Assembly (NCBI RefSeq): GCF_006345805.1
Contig: NC_042997.1
Coordinates: 18,290,001 to 18,354,000 of the forward strand
Direction: 5' to 3'
DNA length: 64,000 nucleotides
From: Octopus sinensis
Taxonomy: Eukaryota
This document shows, piece by piece, positions 1 to 13,760 of the stretch. Position numbers and translations under genes: made by a program. Below the pieces are notes generated by a model that was given only the letters and a program-made list of their open reading frames with translations, was not told the DNA's origin and made no database searches. The stretch's first letter is position 1, and each line of letters opens with the position of its first letter.

Positions 1-208
1 GCCGGGCGAAATGCTTAGCGGTATTTCGTCTGCCATTACGTTCTGAGTTCAAATTCCGTCGAGGTCGACTTTGCCTTTCATCCTTTCAGGGTCGATTAAA
101 TAAGTACCAGTTATGCGCTGGGGTCGATATAATCGACTTAATCCGTTTGTTTGTCCTTGTTTGTCCCCTCTGTGTTTAGCCCCTTGTGGATAGTGAAGAA
201 ATAGGTAT
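1..208 (+). mobile_element. tRNA-derived SINE family A (tail type 1), 5' end cut by window edge
   Basis: Matches copies at 29871, 48316, 52810 and 53076: B-box-like GAGTTCAAATTCC, central gcctttcatcctttc(g/a)gggtcgat..aagtaccag domain, tail ending aagaaataggta. Confidence 0.9.
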
Positions 209-690
209 GTAGGTTGTTAGACAAATAGATAGATAGATAGATAGATAGACATTCTGAAATGTTAATCTATATGCTTGCCCTTCCTCCCTTCTTAACTCTT
301 CCCTCCATAGAACAGCATTTCTCTCCCACTGTCTGTTCGCACACCATCTTCTTGCAACCTTCCACCCACTATTTTTATTGTTCTTTTTTATCATTACTCT
401 GTAGGTTTGCTATTATTTTTCTTTTGCACACTGACTATACTTATGTCTGTCTCTCTCTCTTTCTCAATATACTCCTCCTTTTCTTATGAATGACTACTGT
501 CTGACATGTTCAGACACTACATTCCAACTCAAATACATTAAAATAATACCATTTCTGCTTCATTTTATGTTTATTGTTTTTACACCTTTATTTGCACACA
601 CACACACACACACACACCTGCATATATATATATATATCCCTCTCTCTCTTTCGGAGAGGCACAAGCACCTACACGCACATATACACACAC

Positions 691-840
691 GGCAGTAACT
701 TCCGCCTGCCGAATTCAATCACAAAGCTTCGGTCGGCTCGGGGCTATAGCGGAAGACACCTACTCAAAGTGCCACGCAGTGGGACTGAACCCGAAACCAT
801 GTAGCTGGGAAGCAAGCTCCCTAACCACACAGCCATGCCC
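691..840 (-). mobile_element. SINE family B, 5' half
   Basis: Reverse complement matches head and body of the family B copy at 11936-12345 (ggctgtgtgg..ggttcagtcccactgcgtggcac..ctatagcc). Confidence 0.85.
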
Positions 841-841
841 G

Positions 842-875
<34 letters not shown>

Positions 876-917
876 ATATGTATGTATGTATGTATATACA
901 CACATACATACATATAC

Positions 918-1915
918 ACATGGTGTAGACTGCCTCTACCTAAAACGAAAACAAGGCGGAAGAGGCTTAACATCGATCCAAACTGCCTTTGAATGTTGCA
1001 TCATGTCCCTTCGGTAACATCTTTTAACTGCCAAGTATTGAAGTGTATCCTGTGACCAAGTGTTTGCATACATGAGGTTAATAACATCATAAGACTTGGA
1101 AGGCAGCTCCTTGAGCAACACTCTTTGTCTGATAACCTAGAAATCACATGAGTCTACCGCAATGTATCATCAGATGAAAGGATGAGCCTATATGAGCAGA
1201 AGGCTATGCATGGATATGTTACTAAAAAGCTTCGTAATGATAGTGACATTGATCATCGAAGCTGTCTATCATGGACCAATAGTCGGATTCTTACCTACTA
1301 CTTTGAAGGGTATGCATTTGCAATCCAGGAACATGAAATATCAACCAAATACCTGATGCACAAAAGGGACAGAGATGCAGGTAAAGCTGTAAAGTGTGAC
1401 AACCATTGCAGACATTGTGGAGTTCACACTGAAGATATCATCCACATCATAAGCAGTTGTTTGAAAATGTCATCATGGTTTTATCTACCAATGAAACATA
1501 ATGTTGTAGTTAGGACACTCTATAATGAAATCCGTTGGAAGGATAAATCTGAGGGTAAAGAAATAAGAATTCACAATATGGTAGAAGCCATAGCCACTCA
1601 TAATAAAAAGGAATACTGGTGAAGACCTCAATAAGGAATATCAGTGAAGGTCTCAATAAAATGTAAGCACAACAGACCTGATATAATGATTTGGGATAGA
1701 AAAGAGAAACTGTGTACAGTTGTGGAAATTAGCTGCTCAGCGGATGTTAACATAAAGCTGAAGATCAGTGAAAAAGAGAACACTTATGCTGAACTATAGA
1801 GAAATATGTAGTTACTCTATCCAGATTACAAGTTCAGGTATATACCTTTAATTATTGAGGCCCTGGGATATGTAATACACTGCCTAAATAACAATCTTGA
1901 GAAATTAGGCTAATT
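918..1915 (+). mobile_element. R4/Dong-like RLE non-LTR retrotransposon relic (end of RT thumb, CCHC knuckle, PD-(D/E)xK endonuclease), with stops and frameshifts
   Basis: Translations GVDCLYLKRKQGGRGL; CDNHCRHCGVHTEDIIHIISSC; HNRPDIMIWDRKEKLCTVVEISC; YKFRYIPLIIEALGY. Confidence 0.85.
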
Positions 1916-2065
1916 CAAAGACTACAGTTCTAATCCATCTGTAAAAATTTGTACAACTTTCCAGAAGTTTATCATTTAAATGTATGTGAACATATCCAGA
2001 TATGCAACTATATGCATGAGAATACATACATAAAACATATAAATCTGCACATACATACATACATC

Positions 2066-2067
<2 letters not shown>

Positions 2068-2104
<37 letters not shown>

Positions 2105-2230
2105 TTAGCATCCACTTTCCATGCTAGCATGGGTTGGATGGTTCAACTGGGGTCTGTGAAGCCAGAAGGCTGCATCAGGCCCAGTCTGATCTGGCAGTGT
2201 TTCTACGGCTGGATGCCCTTCCTAACGCCA
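2068..2230 (-). mobile_element. RTE LINE 3'-end fragment with (GAT)n tail
   Basis: Reverse complement of the RTE 3' terminus (gaagggcatccagcc..gctagcatggaaag..gatgatgat) seen at 5040-5195 and 21480-21642. Confidence 0.85.
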
Positions 2231-2517
2231 AATATACATACAAATCCTGTGAAACAATCCAACTCATTCCATCTTAGAAAACAGATGTTAAATGGTGTTG
2301 ATGATGATATATACGTAATATGTACATAAGTGAATGTGTGTGTGTGTGTATGTGTGTATGTGTGTTTGTGTGGGAGTGTGTGCTTATTTGAAGCTTAGGC
2401 TTACTAGTCTATATACTGTATTTGCCATTCCCAGTCTTCATATCAACAGTATAACACCTCAAATGCAAGTAATTAAATAAACTCTTCCATATAAATAATG
2501 AGCATTCATTCTCATTA

Positions 2518-5195
2518 TGGGTTGATAAGGTAATTGAGGTAGTCAGAGTATGCAACAGAATACTTAAGATTAGATTAGTGCTTCATCATGGGTTAGCAAC
2601 CATTACCTTGGCCTATGCTCCTCAGCCAGGGCTACCTGATGGACAGAAAGACCGATTTTATGACACCTTCTTGCAGACTACCTCGTTGACGAATGACAGC
2701 GACCTTCTCTTTGTGGCTGGTGACTTCAATGGACATGCTGGACTTCCATGGCATACATGGAGGCTATGGTTTTGGTTCCCACAAATAGGAGGGAACCAAG
2801 CTGCTGGAGTTCTGTGATGCAAATGGTCTTATGGTTTGCAATACGAACTTCAGGAAACCTGCCAGTCACCTAGTCACCTTCCGTTCTGGCAGACACACTA
2901 GCCAAATTGACTACATTCTCACCAGAAAGAGGGAAAGATGGCTGCTTATAAATGCCAAAACCTTCCCAGGTGAAGAATGTACCCCACAACATAGACTGGT
3001 AGTTAGTGACTTCAGGATCAGGGCTAAATGGATGCCCAGAAGATGACCAGTGAGGAGAAGGGTCTGGAAGCTTAAAGATCCTGTGAATGGAAAGAGATTT
3101 AGAGACATATTACTCGAAGCCTTTGACGAAATAGAAGGGGATATAGCTTCACAAGATGTAGAAGAGAACTGGAGGTTTCTATGGGACAACCTGCTGAGGA
3201 ACACTGACCAGATCTGTTGATGGTGCAAAGTCCCCTCTTGACCCAAAATAACGTGGTGGTGGAATAATGTTGTTGACAGGGCTATTAGAGAAAAGAAACA
3301 GGCTGGAAGGACAGGAAGAACGGTGGTAGTGGGGAATTGTTTCAGAGTGCCAGAAGGAAAGCTAGGAGACAGGTTTATTTTGCCAGAGGGCAAGCAAATA
3401 AGTAAAAATTTGCCAATGTTCTGTGCCATGAGGAACAAAGACTTGAAGTATTTTGTGTTGCAAGACAGTGTGTGAGAAAGACTCATGATGTGGTAGGAAA
3501 GAAATGTGTCCGCATAGATGATGGTTCACTTGCACTAAACGAGGCTGCAAAGAGAGAGGTTTGGAGACGCCACTATGAAAGGTTGCTCAATAAAGAAAAT
3601 GAATGGGAGAAAGTGAGTCTGCTGAATGTCGACCCAACAGAGAGACCAGCTATCCGAATTGACAGTGCCTTAGTAGATAAAGCAATTAAGAGTATGAAGA
3701 CAGGGAAAGCCTCCAACCCATCAGGAATCACTGCAGAGATGTTCAAAATATCTGGCGGTGCTGGCTATAGCCTAGTCACCAGTATAGTTAACCAGGTGAT
3801 ACACAAAGGAGTCATACCCAATGACTGGTGTAGCAGCACCATAGTTAACTGCTACAAAGGTAAAGGTGATGCTTTAGATACAAATAATTACAGAGGTATC
3901 AAGTTGTTGGATCAGGTAATGAAGGTCATAGAGAGGGTCATAGCCCAACTAATTAGGGAGAAAGTCAGTTTAGATGAGATGCAGTTTGGGTTAATGCCAG
4001 GGAAAAGCACCACTGGAGCTATATTTCTGTTAAGACAGCTGCAGGAGAAATACCTAGCCAAAGATAAACCTCTGTACCTGGCTGAAATATAAACCTCTGT
4101 ACTGTGCGCTGAAAGTGTAGCTGCTAGAATAAGAATAGCCTGGGCAAAGTTCAGAGAGCTCTTACCTCTGCTAGTGATAAAGGGCTCCTCACTCACAGTA
4201 AAAGGTAGACTGTATGACGCATGTGTATGAACAGCCATGCTACATGGCAGTGAAACATGGACTGTGACTGCTGAGGACATGCGTAAGCTCACAAGGAATG
4301 AAGCCACTATGCTCCGATAGATGTGTAATGTCAGTCTACATACTTGACAGAGTGTAAGTACATTGAGAGAAATGTTGGACCTAAGAAGCATCAGCTGTGG
4401 TGTGCAAGAGAGACGATTGTGCTGGTATGGTCATGAGGCAAGAATGGATGAGGATAGCTGTGTGAAAAAGTACCACACCCTTGTGGTTGGAGGAACCTGT
4501 GGAAGAGGTAGACCCAGGAAGACCTGGGATGAGGTGGGTGAAGCATGACCTTTGAATATTGGGCCTCACCGAGGCAATGACTTGTGACCAAGATCTTTGG
4601 AAATATGCAGTGCGTGAGTAGACCCAGCAAGCCAAGTGAGACCATAACCTCGTGGCCTATGCCAGGGGTGTAACCAGCCCACTTATGCATACCTTTCCTT
4701 CATTGAACACTAAACTCTGCTTGAGAAGACCCATTGAGGCAAGTAAAATCAAAATCGAATCAAATTCAATGACTTGCACCTGTGCCAGTTGAGCACTAAG
4801 AGCACCATCCAAGCGTGATTGTTGCTAGAGCAACTGATTAGATTCCATGCCAGTGGCACTTAAATGTGCTGGTGGCACATGAAAAAGCATTTGAGTGAAA
4901 TTGTTGCCAGTGCTTCTGGACTGGCTCCTGTGCAAGTGGCATGTAAAAAACACCATTTAAGCGTGGTCGTTGCCAGTACTGCCTGATTGGCTCTCGTGCT
5001 GGTGGCATGTAAAAGCACCCACTACACTTTTGGAGTGATTGGCATTAGGAAAGGCATCCAGCTGTAAAAGCGTCTGCCAGATCAGATTTGAACCTGGTGT
5101 AGCCATCTGGTCCGCCTGTCCTCAGTCAAATCGTCCAACCCCTGCTAGCATAGAAAGCAGATGTTAAAAGGTGATGATGACGATGGTGATGATAT
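2518..5195 (+). mobile_element. 5'-truncated, internally deleted RTE-clade LINE (APE endonuclease part, N-terminal RT, C-terminus, 3' UTR, (GAT)n tail)
   Basis: YAPQPG..LFVAGDFNGH, SQIDYILTRK (APE); NYRGIKLLDQVMKVIERV..QFGLMPGKSTTGAIFLLRQLQEKY (RT); RLCWYGH..GRGRPRKTWDE (C-terminus); several stops and frameshifts. Confidence 0.95.
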
Positions 5196-7160
5196 GCACA
5201 TTTTTGTAATTCATTGTGTAATAGAGATAAATATTATTTAAATAATTGAATTATGTATATATGTATGTGTTTGTGTGTGTGTATATATATATATATATAT
5301 AATATATATATATACATATGTATATGTATACACACACAAACACACACGCATTACATATATACACATATACATGTATATGAATGTGTGTATGTACATGCAT
5401 ATATGCATGTTATATGTTTGTATGACTACAAGTATACATGACTATTAAAATAAATCTTAGACCAATTTTGTTGATATCCTAAAGACATAAAACTATTTAC
5501 CAAATCCAAATCCAGCAGTAAAGACAATAGCAGGAATAGCAGGACAGTAACAATTTTGGTATGTTAATATCAACAACGGGAAATGATTTTAATAACAGTC
5601 AGTTTTTGCTTGAAGCTAAAATTCATAACAATGAAAATGAGATTAAAAAAATAAAGAAAGAAAGAAATTAAATAAGTATGATTTGCATAAATGTATATTT
5701 GCTATGCCCAGTTTCCAATTATGGAAGCAAATAGGTTTTATTTTCATAAACATCTTTTGTTTATAACATTTCTCCATTTTTATTTCCTTAAGAGGGACAA
5801 CTTGCATTATTAGTATTATCTTCATTAAGAAAAATAATATTCCATCATGCTTCGGGAAAACTAACATAAAATGGATAAAATAAAAATGAGAGAATGAGTT
5901 TCGGTTTCATTGCAGCTAATGTGCTGGACTACTTACAGTACACATGATGATAAATACAAACTTTGTAACAGCCATAAGCTAAAATCTTTGTAAAAGTTGC
6001 TTCACTTGTAATGGGTTGTGCTAACAGTTCACAGTTAAATTATTAGTATCCAAGATAAAGGTGTCAAATTGGTAGAAACGTTAGAGTGGTTGATAAAATG
6101 TCTCACTATATTTGTTTCAACTATTTGTACTCTAAATTCAAAACCCACTGAAGTCAGTAATAATCATTTTGAGGTCAATAAAATTACTAATCCAAGCCTT
6201 GTATCAGTGAAGTTGTAGGAAGATTTGGTGAGGTATCTTATGGTATCTGTTTGGGTTCTTTATGTTCTGATGGCAACACCTATGAAAACTGATATTATAC
6301 TGTAATGGCCCATGCTGGTGGACTTCTCTTGAGTAAAGATTAGTGGAATGGAGAAAGGAAATTTGTAACCGGGGCAACTAATAGTCTTCCTCAAAAAAAT
6401 CTTGTCAAGGTCTGTGCATAGATGCACAAATGGCTGTATGTAAAACAAAAGTTTAAATAGTATCCCTAATTGTCCATACAACAAAGTGACCAATAACAAT
6501 ATCAAGACATAAAGAAAACAACAATCATTAATAATTGATGATACTTGGTAAATGTAAAATGGGAAAAAAACAAAAATGTTAAAATATAACAAGAAATATG
6601 AAAATGAATGAGAAATATAAATGGATAGAGAAATGAAGAATAAAAGAATAGTAAGAAAATTAACTACGAAGATAAGAAATTGGTTTTATAAAGAAGAGTT
6701 ATTATCAGGAAGAAAATGGTATAACATAAGAGGAAAGAAGGCAACATGATGAAGGAAAAACATCTATTGAAACAAACAAGAAATGATAGTACAGGAATAA
6801 GTGAGATATCGACATATCACATTAGAGTGAAATTGAAATAGATTTCCATTGAATATGAAAGAAAACAATAATAATAAAAACTCAGAGTAGAACATCGAAA
6901 GAAGACGAAACTGGGGAGAAAATATGCCCCAAAGGTAACAAATAGCGTTAATGAATGAAATAAAGTCACCCTGTGAATAAAAGTGCTTAAGTTAATTATG
7001 ATATAATAAATAGACTTATAGAAAATGCTGTCAATAAAATGAGATAAAGAGAGTGAAAAGAGGAAGACTACATTGATTGCATCTCTTGACAAGCAACATC
7101 TATTTCCCTCACATTATCTGATCACATATAGGTAGGAAGATATAGGCACATTTAACACAT

Positions 7161-7214
<54 letters not shown>

Positions 7215-7238
7215 TTTCTTTCTTTCTTTCTCTCTCTT

Positions 7239-7269
<31 letters not shown>

Positions 7270-7270
7270 A
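7161..7270. repeat. (TTTC)n/(TC)n microsatellite
   Basis: Direct reading. Confidence 0.95.
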
Positions 7271-7524
7271 GATACATATATGCATGTGAGTGCATTGGTA
7301 CAGAAATATGTTTTTGCATGTTTGCATATCTTAGTATGTGTGCATGTGTGTGTGTGTATGTGTGCATGCACGGGCATGTGCGTGTGTGTGTGTATGTATG
7401 TATGTGAGTGTGTGTGTGGATGTATATATGTATACATGTATAACAGACTGAAACAGAAAGAAGGCTTTCACACACACACATACACACACACGTATATATA
7501 TGCATGTACTTATGCATGTATATA

Positions 7525-8400
7525 CAGGGTGTTTAGGCTAAATTTCACAATTTGAATAAAAGGAAAGAAAACAATATTCACTCCAAAAATGAAAGTATTT
7601 TAGAAAAATCAAAAATATCAACTAGGTTATGGCTGGGAGATAAGAAATTATTGAAAGTAGCTGCACTCAGCTTCCACCACACCCTCAAGACACCTCCAGA
7701 ACCTTGTGCATTCATTGCTTACTGTGTCCCTGGGAAGATCTTTAAACACCTTCTTGATCTTGATCACCAGTTCAGCTTTGGTGTGGGAGACACAGCAGTT
7801 GGTGTCTTTCTCAGTTGTGCCCCATGCATAATAATCCATGGGATAACAATCGTTGAAATTAGGAGGCCTGAAATTGAGTCTGGTGAAGTCGTAGAAATTC
7901 TCTAACAATACCAATGACTCTTTCTGGAGGTATGGCAAAGAGGCGAATCCTGCTGCCACACATATGGCTTTCCAGCAGCAGTCCTCCCCAGCTTGGGATT
8001 GGCTACAATCTCCAGCAGTGTTACATAGCCATCTGAATAGACTTAAGGCCCTGTTTATCAGCTGTTTGATGAATTCTGGCATGTGGAGGCAGTCAGAATG
8101 CTGGCTGTGTTCCTTCCTGCTGGCCATGGCTTTATAGTCTCCATTACAGCTGTCCAAGTCAAATCTTACAGCTGTTATCCTGTTCCCAAAGCATTGAGCA
8201 GTAGTCATAATGTGGGCATTTTGATACCTGGCACAAATCATGATGATACAGGTAACTCTTTACCAATATTCAGATGGCTTCCAGTCCTCCATGTCAGCTA
8301 ATTTTTTTCAACTACAATTTTAGTCTTTATGCACTTTGATGCCATTGAATACTTATCAATGCATCAAACTGTTCCTGAAGAAAAGAGACCTAAATAATCA
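7525..8400 (-). mobile_element. Internally deleted DD37D (maT-like) Tc1/mariner element
   Basis: TA followed by CAGGGTG terminus at 7523-7531; minus-strand translations PYVWQQDSPLCHTSRK and RPPNFNDCYPMDYYAWG..TKAELVIKIKKVF..LEGVVEAE; N-terminal RKEHSQHSD..PEF joined to C-terminus; no second TIR found. Confidence 0.8.
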
Positions 8401-9187
8401 TCAAATTTAATACGCCATAACAAATAACACACACACATTCACATATATATGTATATATATGTGTATATATATGTATGTCTCCATGTTTTGACATAGCATG
8501 ATAACTGTAAACAAGAGTCACCTACATGCAAGCAGTGTCCTTTGTTTTCAATTTTCTCTGAAAATGTCTGGTCATGGGGGAAATATTGTCTCATAGTTGT
8601 TAATATATTATACTTTTCTTCAATACATAGGTTTCACTTCTTATTTCTGTTCATGTATGGCTTAGCATTTTGTTCCAATGCTCCAACTTTGTTATTTTCT
8701 CTGTAGTTAAATCTCTTGATATATTGAGAGATTGATGAAGAATATATTTTGTCTTTATATTAAATGAATGTATATATATTATACATGTTGGAAAGATTTC
8801 TTGTTGCCTGCAAGCATTCTATTTCTATAACATCTATTTTTACAGTAGCCATATATTTTAGTATATTTGATATGCACTTTGCATGTAGCAGACAATTCAA
8901 TACATTCATTCAATTGCTTTCAAACTATTTAGGTGATGTCTTATTTTAAGGGCTTGGTTATGGTAGAATATCTGGAAGCCTATTCTTTATTTAGATGTCT
9001 GTTACTTTTGATTCTAATTTCTATTAAAAATTTTGTGTGTTTCAGGATGAGGTCTATATTTATCAAAGATTAGAAACTATCTTTTCTATGACTATGGAAA
9101 CATTTAAAATATATAAAGAAATCTTTTTTCTCTTCCTTAACGTAATCTTGTGTACATTGTTCAATGAACTTCAATTTTTCACTAAAA

Positions 9188-9596
9188 AAAATCCACTTTG
9201 GCATCGAGAGTTACACAAATGCCAGAACTGGGCGCCACTGCGTGGTGCCTAGGACTCCAAATTTGCCATCAAGATGTAGGACAAGATACTGTGATAGCCT
9301 GGGCTTCCGAGGCCCACAGCTCTTCAATATCCTCCCGAAGAACCTAAGAGACCTGCATGGGGTGGATGCAGATGTCTTTAAAATGAAACTGGATCTTTTC
9401 TTGTCAGGTATCCCAGATGAACCAACTTCACGGCAGGAGGTGCAGATGAGGGCAGCTGCATCGAACTCTCTCATGCACCAAATGGCAGTTGCTAAAAAGC
9501 ATTTGTGAAGTAAAACCATGTAGCAACACCAAATGGCGATGCCCCAGCATGGCCACAGCTCGTGAGCTGAAACTAGAATCAATCAATCAATCAATT
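9188..9596 (+). mobile_element. CR1-like LINE 3' fragment (ORF2 C-terminus, 3' UTR, (ATCA)n tail)
   Basis: SLGFRGPQLFNILPKNLRDL..FKMKLDLFLSGIPDEP..AASNSL; ends in a stem-loop followed by aatcaatcaatc. Confidence 0.85.
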
Positions 9597-11129
9597 TATT
9601 TGAAAGCTGCATTATAACGATGGGCAGCCTTATTGATTATTATTATTAGATTTGTTATTGTTTTACTCATACTTTATTCAAGAATTTTTATAACCTGGTG
9701 GGAAGAAGTCTTTGTTGATGTATATTTTTTCTTCACTTGTTTTTTGGTAGTATTGTTGACAATTTCACTTGGTGAACAGACATCTACAACAGCAAAAACG
9801 GCTCAACATATGGATATATTTGGGAAAGCATGAATAGGAATATTTCAGGAATATGATTTAAAAATCATTATCAATACCAATCAAATTTGAAATATTCCCA
9901 TGGATCAAAGAGATTCATTAACGTCTGACCAAAATATGCTGCATCTTAAAGCAATCTTTCAAGATGTGAAAACAAAACGTCAAAATACTTTTTCTTGTGT
10001 AATCATACAAAAAAATACCTACTAACAGGATGGGTAAGTATTCTTATCACTAACCATAATGGTTATTCATCACATACATCCTGCAACACTAACATAGCTG
10101 TAATTTTTCCTCTGTATCATACTTATTACTGCATTGTATACTTGACTAATTCCCACATAATAATAATTACCTTCTCTTGGAGACAATAAAATAAAATATT
10201 TCTATAAGAAAAACCCACTCAGTGTCGACAGTTCTTGATTTTACGATGTTGCAACATTCCCAAAACATTGTCAGCTGACTAAAGCTCTAGCTATGAAAAC
10301 ACATAATATGACATATCCTGTTTTCCTGCAATGAATAACCACATTCACTCTTTCATCTTTTCATTATCTGAAGAAATTTATGTAGCAAGAAACTCTGTGA
10401 AGTGACTGAGTAAATCATCATTTTTCAAATGAATATACACATATATATATGAATTGATGTATATATGTGTATGATATATATACATACAAACACACAAGCA
10501 TACATACACACACATGTAAAACTAATCTTTAATATGATGATATGAAATATATGTCATTGCAAATTTTTTTTGTATTTTTGTATTTTGTTAATAGGAAATT
10601 TTAAAGATACAGCTGTTCTTTTTTATTCTTGAGGTAATGCTGGCAAGATTCAGGCCTTACTACTTAATCTTTCCCAAAGGTCTACATGTTTACACCTTGT
10701 ATATTTGAATATCATATACTTTTTTTTAAGACTACATTTAAAATCATATTGTTTGGTTCACTCTGCTTGTAATCATATGCTTATCTCAAAGTTTAAGCCA
10801 TGGAAGTGTATGTTCATACCATAAATGAATGTTGAAACTACAAATGGCTTAGGAATGGCCCTAATCTTCATGACTGTATTCTATATATGAGGAGAGTGGA
10901 TAATTGCAGCATTTCCAATACATGCAAACTCAAACTGCAATCACAGGTCTTACCCAAGCATTAGGCTGAAAACAGTGTTTGGTAACTGCTACAGCCCTTT
11001 GCTCAGATGGATCTATAGTGTCTCATGTGTCCCCTCAGTCATGATAATATGGTCAGCATTTAGCATTGTTTATGGTACAAATATTAGAATGTGACCAACA
11101 TGTACAGGCTGCTGTACTTTGCATGAGGG

Positions 11130-11295
11130 TCCAGGCATATGATGGCTTCATACGTTTTGATAAATTTGACTTTGTTTAGAAACAGGAAAAACATCTGGTC
11201 ATAGAAAATCTGCCTCAACAGATTTTGTCTGATTCATGCAAGAATGGTAAAGTGGATGTTAAATCAAGATGATGATGATGATGATGATGATGATA
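11130..11295 (+). mobile_element. Old RTE-type 3' terminus with (GAT)n tail
   Basis: ..catctggtcatagaaaatctgcctcaacag..gatt catgcaagaatggtaaagtggatgttaaa followed by (gat)n; diverged from the other RTE tails. Confidence 0.55.
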
Positions 11296-11935
11296 ATTTC
11301 TAAACATCTGTTTCAGGCTTCAGCTGGTGTTACTTTTGTCACTACATAGTGATATCTGATCCAATGGATGTGCTTGTTCCATCAATATAAATAATAACAC
11401 ATTTCTCTGTTCTCCACATCAGAGAATAAAGCAGTAAAGCATTATCTCAGCAGTTGAGTTGATCAATAAAAACAAGCATTTTCCTTTAATACTTGCTATA
11501 TTGCTTTCAGTTTCTGAGTTTGGCACCAGAGGAGAACCAGTGCTGAATATAGCAATCTGAAAGAGAACAATTGTTTTTATACAGCATCAATTAAATCTAT
11601 GAAATGTCAATATTAATAAAACAAAAACATATGATTGTCACAGCAATACTAAATATATTTACGTGTGCAGAATTTATTAATTCATACAAAACTGTTGTTA
11701 TCTATAGTCAGCTTCAGATCTTCAGTTATATGCTTTCACTTTCAGGAAGAATATACCAATGATCATGGCATTTAAATTTCGGTTGTAAAAGTAATGAAAT
11801 CAGAAACGTTTTGGTTTACTGAGCCAAAGGATATCAGTCAACAAACACTGCAGATCATGAGCCAGCAATGGAACATCAACATGGTTACTTGACCAGATAG
11901 AAACTGCAACCTAGTCTCCTTCGAATCCCATCATA

Positions 11936-12345
11936 GGCGCAGGAGTGGCTGTGTGGTAAGTAGCTTGTTTGCCAACCACATTGTTCCGGGTTCAATCCCA
12001 CTGCGTGGCACCTTGGGCAAGTGTCTTCTACTATAGCCTCGGGCCGACCAAAGCCTTGTGAGTGGATTTGGTAGATGGAAACTGAAAGAAGCCCGTCGTA
12101 TATATGTATATATATATATATATACATGTGTGCATTTGTGTGTCTGTGTTTGTCCCCCTAGCATTGCTTGACAACCAATGCTGGTGTATTTATGTCCCCG
12201 TTACTTAGCAGTTTGGCAAAAGAGACCGATAGAATAAGTTCTGAGCTTACAAAAGAATAAGTCCCGGGGTCGAGTTGCTCGACTAAATGTGGTGCTCCAG
12301 CATGGCCACAGTCAAATGACTGAAACAAGTGAAAGAGTAAAAGTG
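11936..12345 (+). mobile_element. Full-length tRNA-derived SINE family B with internal (TA)/(TG) tract
   Basis: A-box tggctgtgtgg and B-box ggttcaatcc; 3' end ccagcatggccacagtcaaatgactgaaac plus (aaagagt) tail; many copies in the window. Confidence 0.92.
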
Positions 12346-12949
12346 TAATGGACTTTGCTTTTGTATGCATGGATATTTTGATATCAGTAACTTTTCTTTC
12401 AGCATGGATTCTACGTCCACTTTAAATTATTAAAATTAACCATCTGGAGACTTTTGAAAGTAATTTTCCTGGTTCCGTTGCAATGCTAATTATCAATTGT
12501 TACAAAAAAAAAAGAAAAAAAATTCAAGCTTTCCTCCTGACACAATTATTATTTAATGACAGATTAAAGTCCAGACCCGAACTTGTTTTAAAAAATTAAT
12601 TTTATATTTCACTGAGTGCAGTGCGATCTTGTCACCTTATATTTTTAAATCAGATCATCAAAAAAAAAAAAAAAGTCACTTGGGAGACTCAATTAATGTT
12701 TAAAACTTTGGTGCATGTAATCTTTTACCAACACAGAGTTAAAAAATATTTGAACATCGCCTGGTTTCATGAATATTTTTTATATCATTATACAAAGGTT
12801 TCAATTTATACTTGTATGCAACTTTGGAACGGTTTAGAATTTTGTTCTCTACCACAATTCCTTCATGACTTTTTATTTTGATCATTCAGTAACTACATTG
12901 CCACTCTCACATGCATGCATACACACATATTTGTCTGTGTGAGTGTATC

Positions 12950-12952
12950 TCA

Positions 12953-13023
<71 letters not shown>

Positions 13024-13106
13024 ACACACACACACACATACATACATACATACATACATACATACATACATACATACATACATACATACATACATACATA
13101 CATACA
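12950..13106. repeat. Compound (TC)(TA)(CA)(TACA)n microsatellite
   Basis: Direct reading. Confidence 0.95.
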
Positions 13107-13296
13107 TGAGAAGTAGATGGACAGCCGACAACTGATGAAGGTTTTTTTATGTTACATGTCTTCATATTTCATGTTTTCGTATTTCATGTTGTTTACATTT
13201 TGTGACATCCTGTACCCATATATGCATATATATATATAAACATACATATATACATATATATATGCACATATATCTATGTATATATGCATATATATA

Positions 13297-13327
<31 letters not shown>

Positions 13328-13451
13328 TAACCCAGGTCTTACAAATGGAGGACTTTTCTAGCGCATTGACATAACAACTGTGTCCACAACTACCCAATGT
13401 CATCTCCTGAAAAAGGTCTGTAAACCAGTGACATCAGTTAAAAATGACACC

Positions 13452-13760
13452 CTTTAAACAAAATACACATACAAAATAGTTTGAAATGGGCAGAAGATAA
13501 CATGAAAGTCGACTTTTCAAAAGTTTTGTTTACAGATGAAATTCGTGCTACTTTTGACGGACCTGATGGTCAGAGCAAAGGATGGCTTGTAAATGCATGA
13601 GATCGTCACCAACACTTGAGACGCCAATAAGGGAGAGTAGGCATTATAATTTCGGCAGGTATTATTGAAGATATTAAAATGACTGTGGATGCTTACATAT
13701 CCTCTCTGACGAGGTACCTTGAATCTTGGTTGAAAAAAGCAAAGGATCACCTTCCAGACA
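13452..13760 (+). mobile_element. Tc1-like transposase relic
   Basis: LKWAEDNMKVDFSKVLFTDEIRATFDGPDG..GW..*..RRQ*GRVGIIISAGI; first catalytic Asp motif (FTDE) present; two in-frame stops. Confidence 0.85.

Noticed and set aside
8845-10035. Several AG..GT open segments (8845-8931, 9046 onward, 9955-10033) as possible exons
   Set aside because: Phases are not mutually compatible, peptides are unrecognisable, and such segments are expected by chance in AT-rich DNA.
11494-11557. Minus-strand exon-like segment (IAIFSTGSPLVPNSETESNIA); similar single candidates near 32128, 33985 and 56175
   Set aside because: Isolated, weak donor or acceptor, no recognisable protein, and no consistent gene model links them.
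13131-13175. CTGATGA motif in a repeat-like segment after (TACA)n
   Set aside because: No stem II or GAAA follows, so no hammerhead can be drawn.
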